64,000 nucleotides of DNA from NCBI GenBank assembly GCA_963703315.1, contig OY969811.1:736001-800000 (forward strand). Direction: 5' to 3'. Position 1 is the stretch's first letter; the number at the start of each line of letters is the position of its first letter. The notes beneath the pieces were generated by a model. It was not told where the DNA came from, made no database searches, and saw only the letters and a list, made by a program, of their open reading frames with translations. The DNA comes from an uncultured cyanobacterium. GTDB lineage: Bacteria; Cyanobacteriota; Cyanobacteriia; Pseudanabaenales; Pseudanabaenaceae. A program made the translations under genes and the position numbers. Below are positions 51,697-60,867 of the stretch, in pieces.

Positions 51697-51735
51697 AGAA
51701 GCGAGGTGCGGCGCTTCGCGCCGCACCTCGCTTCT
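51697..51735. repeat. GC-NNA-GC triloop palindrome
   Basis: AGAAGCGAGGTGCGGCGC-TTC-GCGCCGCACCTCGCTTCT. Confidence 0.9.
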
Positions 51736-51783
51736 TGGGTTTTATGTCCTAAGCAAAACTTACCTCACCGCACTTTCAAAAAT

Positions 51784-53361
51784 TTATAGCCAGTTCCCGA
51801 CTAAGGTAAATGAAGACCAAAAATAAGGATGCTTAAGATCAATATTTTTGACTGGAATGACAAATGGGATATTGGGGAAGCCTTTAATGCCTCTGATTTG
51901 ATTTTTTTCAATAGTCACTTCGCCTCGTAAAAATGCTAATTGAGCTTCTTGCAAGGCGATCGCTTTACTAGGTGCAGTGGGCAATCCTCGATAGAAACGA
52001 ATCATTAAAGGAGCCGTACCTGCATCGCTCACTGTCCATAAAGAAGCCAACACACTTTTTGCGCCCGAATCTACCGCTAAACCTGCTAAGCCTAAGTTTT
52101 GCCCAACTGCGGTTTCGCAAGCACTGAGAGTTAGCAAATCAGTTACGAGATTCATTTTGGCAATTTGATTCATGTGTAAGCGATCGCCCCAAAATTGGAT
52201 AAAAGATTCCTGTGGTGAATCCTTCACAAACTTGGCATGGGTTGCAAGGTGGATAATGCCAAATTTTTGGCTACTAATCTGCGATCGCAGATTATCCATC
52301 GTAAAACCACTATTTAGAAAATTCTTGCCAGTGAGGATTTGCGAAGAAATCGTTTCAACTTCTACTTTAGTCGCAGGTAAAGGCGACCAACCTTCGACTG
52401 ACTCTGACAATCCCATTGCCAAGATTTGCGGTACTAAGGCTCGGTTAGGGCGACTAGGTTCTGTTAATTGCCATGCGGGAATCGATGTAACGGCATACTT
52501 CTCAATTAGATAACGTTTGCCATCATGTAAAGCCGCAGGGGGAACCACTCGCAAATTACCACTCATCACAAAGACCAGCGTTTTTACCTGTGCTTTTTCT
52601 AGCTCAGCTTCCATCGGGCGCACCACCCAATCATAAAGTTGCTGAGATTGGGGTAAGAAGTCATTGGAGCTAGCATCTTGCAAATTACTGCGAAAGTCGA
52701 TAATTACCTGATCTACTTCTTCTGTAGTCACATTGTAAGCAACTTTCCGAAATGGAACCCCATCAGTTGGATCATTTTGAGATAATGGTATGCCAAATTT
52801 TTCCTGTAAAGACTTTGTGCCAATTCGAGTCCGCGAAAACAATCGTGCAGGACGATTGGGACTAGGTGGTGGTACGGTAATTAGTTCTAGTCCGTTTTTA
52901 GAAGTCGTTACATAAATTAAGGCAGTCGGACTACCTGTGAGTTCTGAAATCCGTTTGATCTCCGAAGCGTAACAGTCATTACTGTCAGGATAAGGCGATC
53001 GCAGTCGTTTGCTGAGATAGGCTTCTAGCTCGGCAGTATAGCCTTTTTCTAGCGCCGTGCAAGCTTCAGGCAACTTGTTTTGAATTGCATATTGCCTTGC
53101 CAACAAAAAATAAAGTCGCCCGATTTGTCCCCGAATTGCCGCAATATCTGGAGATAAATCGACCTGTTCGCGTTCAGGATTACTAGAACGACTGAGTGCA
53201 TTGATCAGATCCAGAATTAACGATGGATTTAGTCCCGTACCTGAAGGAGAAGTTGGGAATTGGGATGGGGGGACAGTAGTTTGCGATCGCGCAGATTTAG
53301 CAACACTCAGCGAAAGCATTGCCAAGATCAAGGAAAGAAACCATAGAAGAGATTTTCGCAT
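51784..53361 (-). CDS. secreted CHAT (caspase-like) domain protein
   Basis: Signal peptide; catalytic 'HLATHA' and 'LSACET'; 'ASLWTVSD'; 'HPYFWS'. Confidence 0.88.
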   Translation of the reverse strand: MRKSLLWFLSLILAMLSLSVAKSARSQTTVPPSQFPTSPSGTGLNPSLILDLINALSRSSNPEREQVDLSPDIAAIRGQIGRLYFLLARQYAIQNKLPEACTALEKGYTAELEAYLSKRLRSPYPDSNDCYASEIKRISELTGSPTALIYVTTSKNGLELITVPPPSPNRPARLFSRTRIGTKSLQEKFGIPLSQNDPTDGVPFRKVAYNVTTEEVDQVIIDFRSNLQDASSNDFLPQSQQLYDWVVRPMEAELEKAQVKTLVFVMSGNLRVVPPAALHDGKRYLIEKYAVTSIPAWQLTEPSRPNRALVPQILAMGLSESVEGWSPLPATKVEVETISSQILTGKNFLNSGFTMDNLRSQISSQKFGIIHLATHAKFVKDSPQESFIQFWGDRLHMNQIAKMNLVTDLLTLSACETAVGQNLGLAGLAVDSGAKSVLASLWTVSDAGTAPLMIRFYRGLPTAPSKAIALQEAQLAFLRGEVTIEKNQIRGIKGFPNIPFVIPVKNIDLKHPYFWSSFTLVGNWL

Positions 53362-53421
53362 CTGAGTTTTCTCCTAAACTATCTCTATTGTAGAGCGATC
53401 GCCTTTTATATCAATGTAAGT

Positions 53422-53571
53422 TAGGACTTACTCAACAGCCCTGTAATAAATTACGGGCTAAAAGCTTAAACCCGTTGAAACGGGTTGATCATAGGAGTGT
53501 TTTAGTCTGCTTTAGCTGACTTTAGCTTTCAGCCAAGAACTTGAGTTCTTGGTTAGTTTGCGTAAGTCCTA
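53422..53571 (-). mobile_element. 150-bp MITE, copy B (inverted relative to copy A)
   Basis: Reverse complement of 48248-48397 with 2 mismatches seen; 5-bp direct repeat TAAGT on both sides. Confidence 0.9.
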
Positions 53572-53590
53572 TAAGTTTTGCGTAGGACAT

Positions 53591-53643
53591 AACCCCAGAA
53601 GATGAGTGGCGGCGCAAAGCGCCGCCACTCATCTTCTGGGGTT
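53591..53643. repeat. GC-NNA-GC triloop palindrome
   Basis: AACCCCAGAAGATGAGTGGCGGCGC-AAA-GCGCCGCCACTCATCTTCTGGGGTT. Confidence 0.9.
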
Positions 53644-53713
53644 TAGCTAACTCTTGCTTTGAGATTACTTGTCCTAATAGACAAGGGGCTTCAGCCCCTT
53701 GTTCCTCAAAAGT

Positions 53714-55150
53714 TTATGCAGTTAAAGCACGTTGTAAACGCGACAATGCTAAACCTTTACGATGAAGTAGCACAAACGAGGGCAAGATTTCGGGACCATG
53801 AAGATCGCCTGTGAGGGCTGCCCGTAGAGACTTCATCACGACTCCTTTCTTGACACCCTGAGACTTAGTGACTGTTTTAATTACTTCTCCCGCACTATCA
53901 GCATCAAGATCCGCAGTTTCTTTGAGTGCCTCAATTAGTGCGGTGATAATACCTGCGATCGCATCACCTTGCAGAGTTGCTTTCGCCTCATCGGTATAGT
54001 CTTCAAACTCAGTGAAGAAGAACTTGCTAATCGTCGCCGCATCGGTCAAGAGGGTTAAACTTGGCGCGATTAATTTCGTCAAATCGAGCAACCATTGGCG
54101 ATCAACAGATTCCAGATCATAGCCAGCTTCCTTAAGAAATGGAGTTAGGCGATCGCACACATCTTCCGTTGGTAAAGAATGCAAATATTGGCTATTAATC
54201 CAATTGAGTTTATCCCAATCAAATTTTGCACCTGCTTTATTGACGCGATCGAAGCTGAAGATTTGGGATGCTTCTTGGAGCGTGAAGAGTTCCTTCCCAT
54301 CGCTAGGCGACCAACCGAGCAGCGCCATGTAGTTATTGAAAGCTTCAGGAATATAGCCCATGTTCCGAAATTCCCAAACGGAAGTTGCGCCATCACGTTT
54401 AGAGATTTTTGCACCTTGCTGATTGAGAATTAGCGGCGTATGTCCAAACTGAGGTGGTGTTGCGCCTAAGGCTTCATAAATGAGAATTTGCTTAGCAGTA
54501 TTCGCAATATGATCTTCCCCACGAATAACTTGAGTAATCTCCATATCGATATCATCGACAACTACGGCAAAGTTATACAGAGGTAAGCCAATATTGCCCT
54601 GCTCATCAACACGAGCGATCACCATATCACCACCAAGATCGCTGCTGCTCCAAGAGACAGTGCCGCGTACAAGGTCATTCCATGCGATCGTGCGTGGTTC
54701 CTCAATGATGAAGCGAACTACGGGGCGACGACCTTCGGCTTCAAAGGCTTGACGTTGCTCATCGGTAAGGTTACGGTGGCGATTGTCGTAACGTGGGGCT
54801 TGTTTGTTAGCTTTTTGAGCCTCACGCATTGCCTCAAGTTCAGATTCAGTGCAGTAGCAAAAGTAGGCTTTTTTCTCGGCTAAAAGTTTATGTACGGTGG
54901 CAATATAGCGATCGCTGCGTTGGGTTTGAAAAAAGGGTCCCTCATCAAAATTAATCCCCAACCAAGCCAATCCTTCTAAAATGTTTTGGGTATATTCATC
55001 CTTAGATCTTTCGCGATCGGTGTCTTCGACTCTGAGGATAAATGTCCCGCCTTGGTTACGGGCATACAGCCAGTTAAATACGGCGGTACGGGCTGTGCCT
55101 ATGTGTAAGTTACCCGTTGGGCTTGGTGCAATACGAACTCGAACAGACAT
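53714..55150 (-). CDS. gltX: glutamate--tRNA ligase
   Basis: 'RIAPSPTGNLHIG', 'RGEDH', 'KISKR'. Confidence 0.97.
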   Translation of the reverse strand: MSVRVRIAPSPTGNLHIGTARTAVFNWLYARNQGGTFILRVEDTDRERSKDEYTQNILEGLAWLGINFDEGPFFQTQRSDRYIATVHKLLAEKKAYFCYCTESELEAMREAQKANKQAPRYDNRHRNLTDEQRQAFEAEGRRPVVRFIIEEPRTIAWNDLVRGTVSWSSSDLGGDMVIARVDEQGNIGLPLYNFAVVVDDIDMEITQVIRGEDHIANTAKQILIYEALGATPPQFGHTPLILNQQGAKISKRDGATSVWEFRNMGYIPEAFNNYMALLGWSPSDGKELFTLQEASQIFSFDRVNKAGAKFDWDKLNWINSQYLHSLPTEDVCDRLTPFLKEAGYDLESVDRQWLLDLTKLIAPSLTLLTDAATISKFFFTEFEDYTDEAKATLQGDAIAGIITALIEALKETADLDADSAGEVIKTVTKSQGVKKGVVMKSLRAALTGDLHGPEILPSFVLLHRKGLALSRLQRALTA

Positions 55151-55341
55151 GAATTTGTAAACGTTATAAAATCCAATTATCCTTCATATAGCGTTTCACA
55201 GTCTAGTGAAGTAAAGGATTGTTTCCCCGCCGAAGGCGGGGAAACAATCCTCTGTAACTCGCTTGCTTGAAAAGTGCTATATCACGTTACTGTATAGAAA
55301 AAAGCTAGAAGCCTATTTTTAGACAGGGCGAAAAAAATTTT

Positions 55342-56037
55342 ATGAATAAAGCTTTTACTTCTCAGGCGGATGAATGGACAGAGGCGATCGCACCAGTCCA
55401 AAAGCGATACGATCGCGAATATCGGAATGAAGCCTTTGATTTACCCGCAGAGGTAGAATCGATGCCGCTTTTTCGAGAATGGGTGAGCCATACACTGTCT
55501 AGTAAAATTGCTTCGCCGTTTTGGGAATTGGCGCAGTTTCAAAAAAATCAACGGTGCTTAGATATTGGCTGTGGAGTTAGCTTTTTAATTTACCCTTGGC
55601 GCGATTGGGACGTATATTTTTATGGTCAAGAAATTAGCTTTGTAGCCAAAGACGCGCTTAATTCAAGAGGTTCACAGCTTAATTCCAAATTGTTTAAAGG
55701 CGTGCAGCATGGGGCAGCCCATCAGTTAAATTATGAAAATGCTACCTTTGATCGCGTGATTGCCACAGGTTTTAGTTGCTATTACCCATTGGAATATTGG
55801 AAATTAGTCTTGCGCGAGGCAAAGCGTGTCTTAAAACCCAATGGGATATTCATTTTTGATGCGATCACCCCTGATTTAGAGTTTGCGGAAAATTGGGCAA
55901 TTTTAGAAACCTATTTAGGTGCAGAGGTATTCCTTACGCCACTTAGTGAAATTACAGAGCTAGTGCAGTCGATGGGCGGGAAGATTATGGCGAAAAAAGA
56001 CGGATTGCTATTTTCGATGTATCGCGTTCAGTGGTAA
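55342..56037 (+). CDS. class I SAM-dependent methyltransferase
   Basis: 'LDIGCG', 'FD', 'RVLKPNG'. Confidence 0.85.
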   Translation: MNKAFTSQADEWTEAIAPVQKRYDREYRNEAFDLPAEVESMPLFREWVSHTLSSKIASPFWELAQFQKNQRCLDIGCGVSFLIYPWRDWDVYFYGQEISFVAKDALNSRGSQLNSKLFKGVQHGAAHQLNYENATFDRVIATGFSCYYPLEYWKLVLREAKRVLKPNGIFIFDAITPDLEFAENWAILETYLGAEVFLTPLSEITELVQSMGGKIMAKKDGLLFSMYRVQW

Positions 56038-56088
56038 TTTGTTGAGAGTAGCGCGAAGCGCCACTCTCAACAAAAATTCGTGAAAAAT

Positions 56089-56376
56089 ATGTCTGAAAAT
56101 TCTCAAACAACGGGTGCTGATGCGATTGATGTGGCGATCGCGCAGGGGATCGATTTTGATGGTACGCCAATCGATCCCAAAAAACTTGACCTATATAGCA
56201 GTGTCATGGCTCTAGAAGCAGGTCGTCAGCGCAGTGGTGTTACGAATACCATGCGATCGCGCATTGTCCGTATTGGTGCAAAACACATCCCTCAAGATGA
56301 ACTCAATCAAAAACTGTTGGATGCAGGCTTTGCCCCACTCAAAGATAAAGATATCGCCTATTTTTATAACAAATAA
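56089..56376 (+). CDS. DUF4090-like conserved cyanobacterial protein
   Basis: 'GADAID.AI..GIDFDG', 'RQRSGV.NTMRSRIVRIGAKH'. Confidence 0.72.
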   Translation: MSENSQTTGADAIDVAIAQGIDFDGTPIDPKKLDLYSSVMALEAGRQRSGVTNTMRSRIVRIGAKHIPQDELNQKLLDAGFAPLKDKDIAYFYNK

Positions 56377-56542
56377 AGAACCCAGTTTTTTCATGGCGCG
56401 GCTTTGCCGCGCCATGAAAAAACATCCTTAATAATTTTTACGAAAGGGTTTGCTTTGCAAACCCTTTCTAATATCTACAGCCTTTTAGCGTATTTTGCTT
56501 GGATTTTGGGCATAATTGTTAATGTGTAACCTTGCGATCAAA

Positions 56543-57049
56543 ATGGTTAAGTATTGGCAAAGTATATCCAGCGTATTTACCACAGCCTTATTGCTGGCGG
56601 GTACTAGTGTTTGGATTAATTTAGATGTGGCGATCGCGCAAACTTCATCGCGTAGCAACTACTCTGTCCTCAATCAAATGCAGCGCCTCAAGCGATCGGG
56701 ACAGAAATGGATCGAGATCAATCGTCGTAACCAGACTCTTGTGGCATGGCAAGGAAGTAAGCAAGTATATTCAGTGATTGTTTCTACTGGTAAAGCTGAA
56801 ACCCCCACACCTGCGGGTATTTTCAAAATTCAGACTAAATACCCTACAGCGAGGATGCAAGGCGAAGATTACAACGTTCCCGACGTGCCTCATGTGATGT
56901 ACTACAGTGGCAACTACGCTATTCATGGGGCATATTGGCATCGTAGCTTTGGGATTCCGATCAGTCATGGCTGTACCAATGTTGCGCCAGATCACGCTGC
57001 ATGGTTGTACCGATGGGCTTCTGTGGGTACGACTGTTGTTGTGCGTTAG
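56543..57049 (+). CDS. L,D-transpeptidase (YkuD family)
   Basis: 'VSTGK..TPTPAG', 'AIHGAYWH', 'SHGC'. Confidence 0.9.
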   Translation: MVKYWQSISSVFTTALLLAGTSVWINLDVAIAQTSSRSNYSVLNQMQRLKRSGQKWIEINRRNQTLVAWQGSKQVYSVIVSTGKAETPTPAGIFKIQTKYPTARMQGEDYNVPDVPHVMYYSGNYAIHGAYWHRSFGIPISHGCTNVAPDHAAWLYRWASVGTTVVVR

Positions 57050-57204
57050 CAAAACGGGGGCTTTGCACCCCGTTTTACTAACTATTGCTAAATAAAACTT
57101 AACGCATTAGAAATAGACAGAGGCGATCGCCTCACAGTAACCTAGAGACGATATCTGTAATCATTTTATTTTTCATTACAGTCTTTAGGAATAAGGATAA
57201 AACT

Positions 57205-57396
57205 ATGGCAGTTGCACGTGGTTCTAAGGTTCGCATTTTGCGTAAAGAGTCCTACTGGTATCGTGAAGTCGGTACTGTGGCTTCTGTTGATAAAAGCGGC
57301 ATCATTTACCCAGTGATCGTTCGTTTCGACAGCGTAAATTACTCCAACATCGCAACCAACAACTTTGCGATCGATGAAGTCGAAGAAGTCGCCTAG
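57205..57396 (+). CDS. psaE: photosystem I subunit IV
   Basis: '[15 protein letters not shown]...[12 protein letters not shown]'. Confidence 0.97.
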   Translation: MAVARGSKVRILRKESYWYREVGTVASVDKSGIIYPVIVRFDSVNYSNIATNNFAIDEVEEVA

Positions 57397-57557
57397 ATTC
57401 TTCAAACCCAAAAAAGGAGAAGGGGCGCAAAGCGCCCCTTCTCCTTTTTTGGGTATAAGACTCAAGCCAGTAAGGGTTTTCAAAACTAAAAATGGCGTAG
57501 CCATTTTTAGTTTTGGTATTAGCAATTTTTTAGTTAGAGCGTCTAGCGTTAGAGATA

Positions 57558-58439
57558 ATGCCCGAATTACCAGAAGTTGAGACTGTTCGCATTGGTTTAA
57601 ATGAAAATACGTTGGGTTGGCAGATAGAAGGTGGTGAGGTATTGCTGCCCCGTGCGATCGCCTATCCTGAAAATCCTCAAGCTTTTTTAGATGCCTTGAT
57701 AGGGGCAGAGTTTATAGAGTGGCAAAGACGGGGCAAATATTTAATTGCTAAGCTTTCCAAAAATCAAACACAGAGCGATCAACTGGGTGTGCATTTGCGA
57801 ATGACAGGGAGTTTGCTCTGGTGCGATCGCGATGTGGCTGTGGGTAAACATACGCGAGTGAGATTATTTTTAAAGGAAAAAGGGAAAGGGAAAAAGGAAA
57901 AAAACTCAGTTCAGAAGGAATTACGGTTTGATGATCAGCGAACTTTTGGTAAGGTTTGGTGGGTTCCATCGGATCAACCAACAGAATCGATCATTACAGG
58001 ATTACAGAAGTTAGGTTTGGAACCTTTTGATCTAGAGTTTACGCCAGAACATTTAGCTCACAAGCTTAGCCGTAGTGGTCGCCCGATTAAAACTGTATTG
58101 CTTGATCAAGAAATGGTTGCAGGAATTGGGAATATTTATGCCGATGAGTCATTATTTCTCGGCAAAATTCATCCTCAAAAAGCAGCCAACTCTCTTAATT
58201 TAGAACAAATCAAAGCATTACATCAAGGCATCATTCGCTCTCTCAGTGATGGTATTGCCAAGGGTGGAACAACTTTTAGCTCTTTTCAGAATGTAGCAGG
58301 ACTAAAGGGAAATTATATCGATACAGCTTGGGTATTTCGGCGGACAGGACAGCCTTGTAACGTTTGTGGCACTGCGATTTCACGAATTAAACTTGGTGGG
58401 CGATCAACACATTTTTGCGCTCAATGCCAGATTGCCTAA
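57558..58439 (+). CDS. mutM: formamidopyrimidine-DNA glycosylase
   Basis: 'MPELPEVE', 'HLRMTG', 'GIGNIYADE', C-terminal Zn finger. Confidence 0.96.
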   Translation: MPELPEVETVRIGLNENTLGWQIEGGEVLLPRAIAYPENPQAFLDALIGAEFIEWQRRGKYLIAKLSKNQTQSDQLGVHLRMTGSLLWCDRDVAVGKHTRVRLFLKEKGKGKKEKNSVQKELRFDDQRTFGKVWWVPSDQPTESIITGLQKLGLEPFDLEFTPEHLAHKLSRSGRPIKTVLLDQEMVAGIGNIYADESLFLGKIHPQKAANSLNLEQIKALHQGIIRSLSDGIAKGGTTFSSFQNVAGLKGNYIDTAWVFRRTGQPCNVCGTAISRIKLGGRSTHFCAQCQIA

Positions 58440-58486
58440 CCAAAAAGCTGTGGCGCACGCGCAGCGTGCGCCACAGCTTTTTGGTT
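58438..58486. repeat. GC-NNA-GC triloop palindrome between convergent genes
   Basis: AACCAAAAAGCTGTGGCGCACGC-GCA-GCGTGCGCCACAGCTTTTTGGTT. Confidence 0.9.
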
Positions 58487-58522
58487 TTTTAATTATGCCT
58501 AGCTACAGCAAAATGAAAACCG

Positions 58523-59188
58523 CTATAAAAGATTATTTTGCATGGCGATCGCCTGTTTGCGATCGCTTACTTCTAGTTTATGTAAAATCGCATGGATATG
58601 TACACGCACAGTACCTGAAGAAATATAAAGCAGATCAGCAATTTCCTGATTAGTTTTATTCTCAGACATCAACATCAAGATTTCTCTTTCGCGCCGAGTT
58701 AGCGTATGCAGCTTTGCCCCAGATGTATTAGTATCGCTAGTCTCAGTCGATTGGCTTTGAAAAATATTGTGAATTTCGGCAGTGGCAGTGGCATCCCACC
58801 ACGAAGCACCTGCTATCACTGATCGCATGGCAAGAATTAACGTTTCGGCGGCAACTCCCTTCATACAATAGCCCTGTGCGCCCACAGTAACTAAACGTGA
58901 AATTAGATGGCGATCGTTCCGTGAAGTTAGCACTAAAATCGGTAATTTCGGATGGTTTTGCTTGAGTTGGCGGCAAGTTTCCATTCCACCTATACCTGGT
59001 AAGCCAATATCCAGCAGGACAAGATCAAAAGGTCGCTGCTTAGCCAGATCGATCGCTGTTTCCCCGTCACTTGCTTCAGCTAAAACCGCGATTTTAGTTT
59101 CTTGTTGCAAGCGCACTTGTAAACCGAGGCGAAATAGCTCATCGTCTTCAACTAATAGAATTTTGAGATTATCTAGGCTCTTGTACAT
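58523..59188 (-). CDS. NarL/LuxR-family response regulator
   Basis: Receiver domain plus 'LTRRERE...TNQEIA..LYIS..TVRVH'. Confidence 0.92.
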   Translation of the reverse strand: MYKSLDNLKILLVEDDELFRLGLQVRLQQETKIAVLAEASDGETAIDLAKQRPFDLVLLDIGLPGIGGMETCRQLKQNHPKLPILVLTSRNDRHLISRLVTVGAQGYCMKGVAAETLILAMRSVIAGASWWDATATAEIHNIFQSQSTETSDTNTSGAKLHTLTRREREILMLMSENKTNQEIADLLYISSGTVRVHIHAILHKLEVSDRKQAIAMQNNLL

Positions 59189-60275
59189 TATCTGGCGATG
59201 AATGCGGTAAGGCTGGCAAACGGAATCTAAAGATTGCGCCTTGAGGATGTCGGTTCTCTGCCCAAATTATACCGCCATGCGCTTCGATAATTTGACGAGT
59301 CAGGTATAGACCAAGACCCGAACCACTAGCTAGGCGATCGCTTTGTCCTTGATAAAATCTCTCAAATAAATAGGGCTGCTCATCAAGTTGAATACCTGCA
59401 CCATTGTCTATCACTTGTACCAATTGATGCGAAGACTGAGTTTCTAGAACAACTTCCACCTTTGCGCCTCTAGGAGAATGATTGATCGCATTAGTCAGTA
59501 GATTTGTAAAAACTCGGCGTAATTGGAAGGCATCTCCATTCACCCACAGAAATTTGCGAAAGTCTGACTCTCCATAATGCAAGTTTAGATAGACACGACG
59601 ACTTGTAGATAGGCTCAACAGCGAGGTTGCCACGTCTTCTGCTAGTATTGCTAAATTAATTGGTTCTAATTGTAATAACAAACCTTCCGTTTCATTGCGA
59701 TAGACATCGAGGAGAGTTTCCACTAAACGTAAACTGTTTTGATGACTACGGATCATAGTAGCTACTACGTTTTTCTGTGTGGGCTGAATAGCTCCAAATT
59801 GTTCGCGGTCAAAGGCTTGGAGTGTCTCGATCGCACCGAGTAACGGAGTTCGTAAATCATGTGCCAAAGTAGAAGCAAAGTCTTCCCGTACATTCATGAT
59901 TTTCTCTTGGGCTTGAAGTTTTGCCTGTTGTTCGATAAGCACTCTCTGAGTCTGACGATAACGATTGCTCAAAAATCCAGTTACGATCAACGCCAAAATC
60001 GTAACTAGACGATTCACAATCATTGCCATTTGAACTTTGCCTTGATTAGGAACCCAAATATTTAATAGAGTCAGCATCACTGCCATAATTGTGAATTGGA
60101 AAGTGCTATGACGACTCAATCGAACATTGGCAATCAAGATAGGACAGATGTAGAGATAACCCATTACATATTCGGGAGGTGTGGAAAACTCTAAAATAAC
60201 TACTAGAACAAACAGACCAATAATTATCCAAAATAAAGGCGATCGCCAAGATAGTTCTAATGTTTGTTTATTCAT
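59169..60275 (-). CDS. membrane sensor histidine kinase
   Basis: TM N-terminus, 'AHDLRTPL', 'NLLTNA', 'DNGAGI', 'GSGLGL'. Confidence 0.92.
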   Translation of the reverse strand: MNKQTLELSWRSPLFWIIIGLFVLVVILEFSTPPEYVMGYLYICPILIANVRLSRHSTFQFTIMAVMLTLLNIWVPNQGKVQMAMIVNRLVTILALIVTGFLSNRYRQTQRVLIEQQAKLQAQEKIMNVREDFASTLAHDLRTPLLGAIETLQAFDREQFGAIQPTQKNVVATMIRSHQNSLRLVETLLDVYRNETEGLLLQLEPINLAILAEDVATSLLSLSTSRRVYLNLHYGESDFRKFLWVNGDAFQLRRVFTNLLTNAINHSPRGAKVEVVLETQSSHQLVQVIDNGAGIQLDEQPYLFERFYQGQSDRLASGSGLGLYLTRQIIEAHGGIIWAENRHPQGAIFRFRLPALPHSSPDNVQEPR

Positions 60276-60867
60276 GCGTGTAAATTATTTTTATCGCATT
60301 CAATTGATATGGGTCTAAGCAAAAATGTAATTAAGCGGTTAATCCAAGACAAAATTAGCATTGTTATGCTTCGATATGGCGATCGTTAATCAATCGAGAT
60401 GCAGTAAGTGTATGATTCATCATTTTTTACATTTATTCATCTCAACCATTTTCTGATAAATTTAACGCTACTCCAAATACTTAGCGATCTCTTTTGTAGT
60501 GCCGCCAGTACAGCCGCAGTAAGAGTGTCATGACCAAAACCATGATGGGTAATTGCAGTATATAAAGTAGGCATTTACACGGTAAATCTAATGTTAGTAA
60601 GTAATAAATACAGTATTTTGTAGTGGTTATCGTAAGAAAATTTTACTTCCACTGGCTACAGACTTGCCTCATGACATCAATGACTCCACTTACTGCTTAT
60701 GATTTAACAACTTTTAAATAATCTTTGAACTCTTAATTTTTGACTATTTAAAAAATGTATTCACGAAAACAAACCATATATTTTGCGCAAGAACATAAAA
60801 GAAAAGTGAAAAGCCTAGAACATAAGATATACAGCAAATTCTTCTATAAACTACCTCTAATTGGTTT

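Noticed and set aside
48248..53571. Composite transposon or already inverted segment bounded by the MITEs
   Set aside because: Each MITE has its own matching 5-bp duplication, showing independent insertions in the ancestral orientation.
57166..57580. ORFs 57166-57525 (-) and 57365-57580 (+)
   Set aside because: They overlap psaE and read through palindromic repeats; no protein-like features.
60490..60700. Possible structured RNA or imperfect inverted repeat (GCAGTAAG...CTTACTGC)
   Set aside because: The match is too short and gapped to support without covariance analysis.
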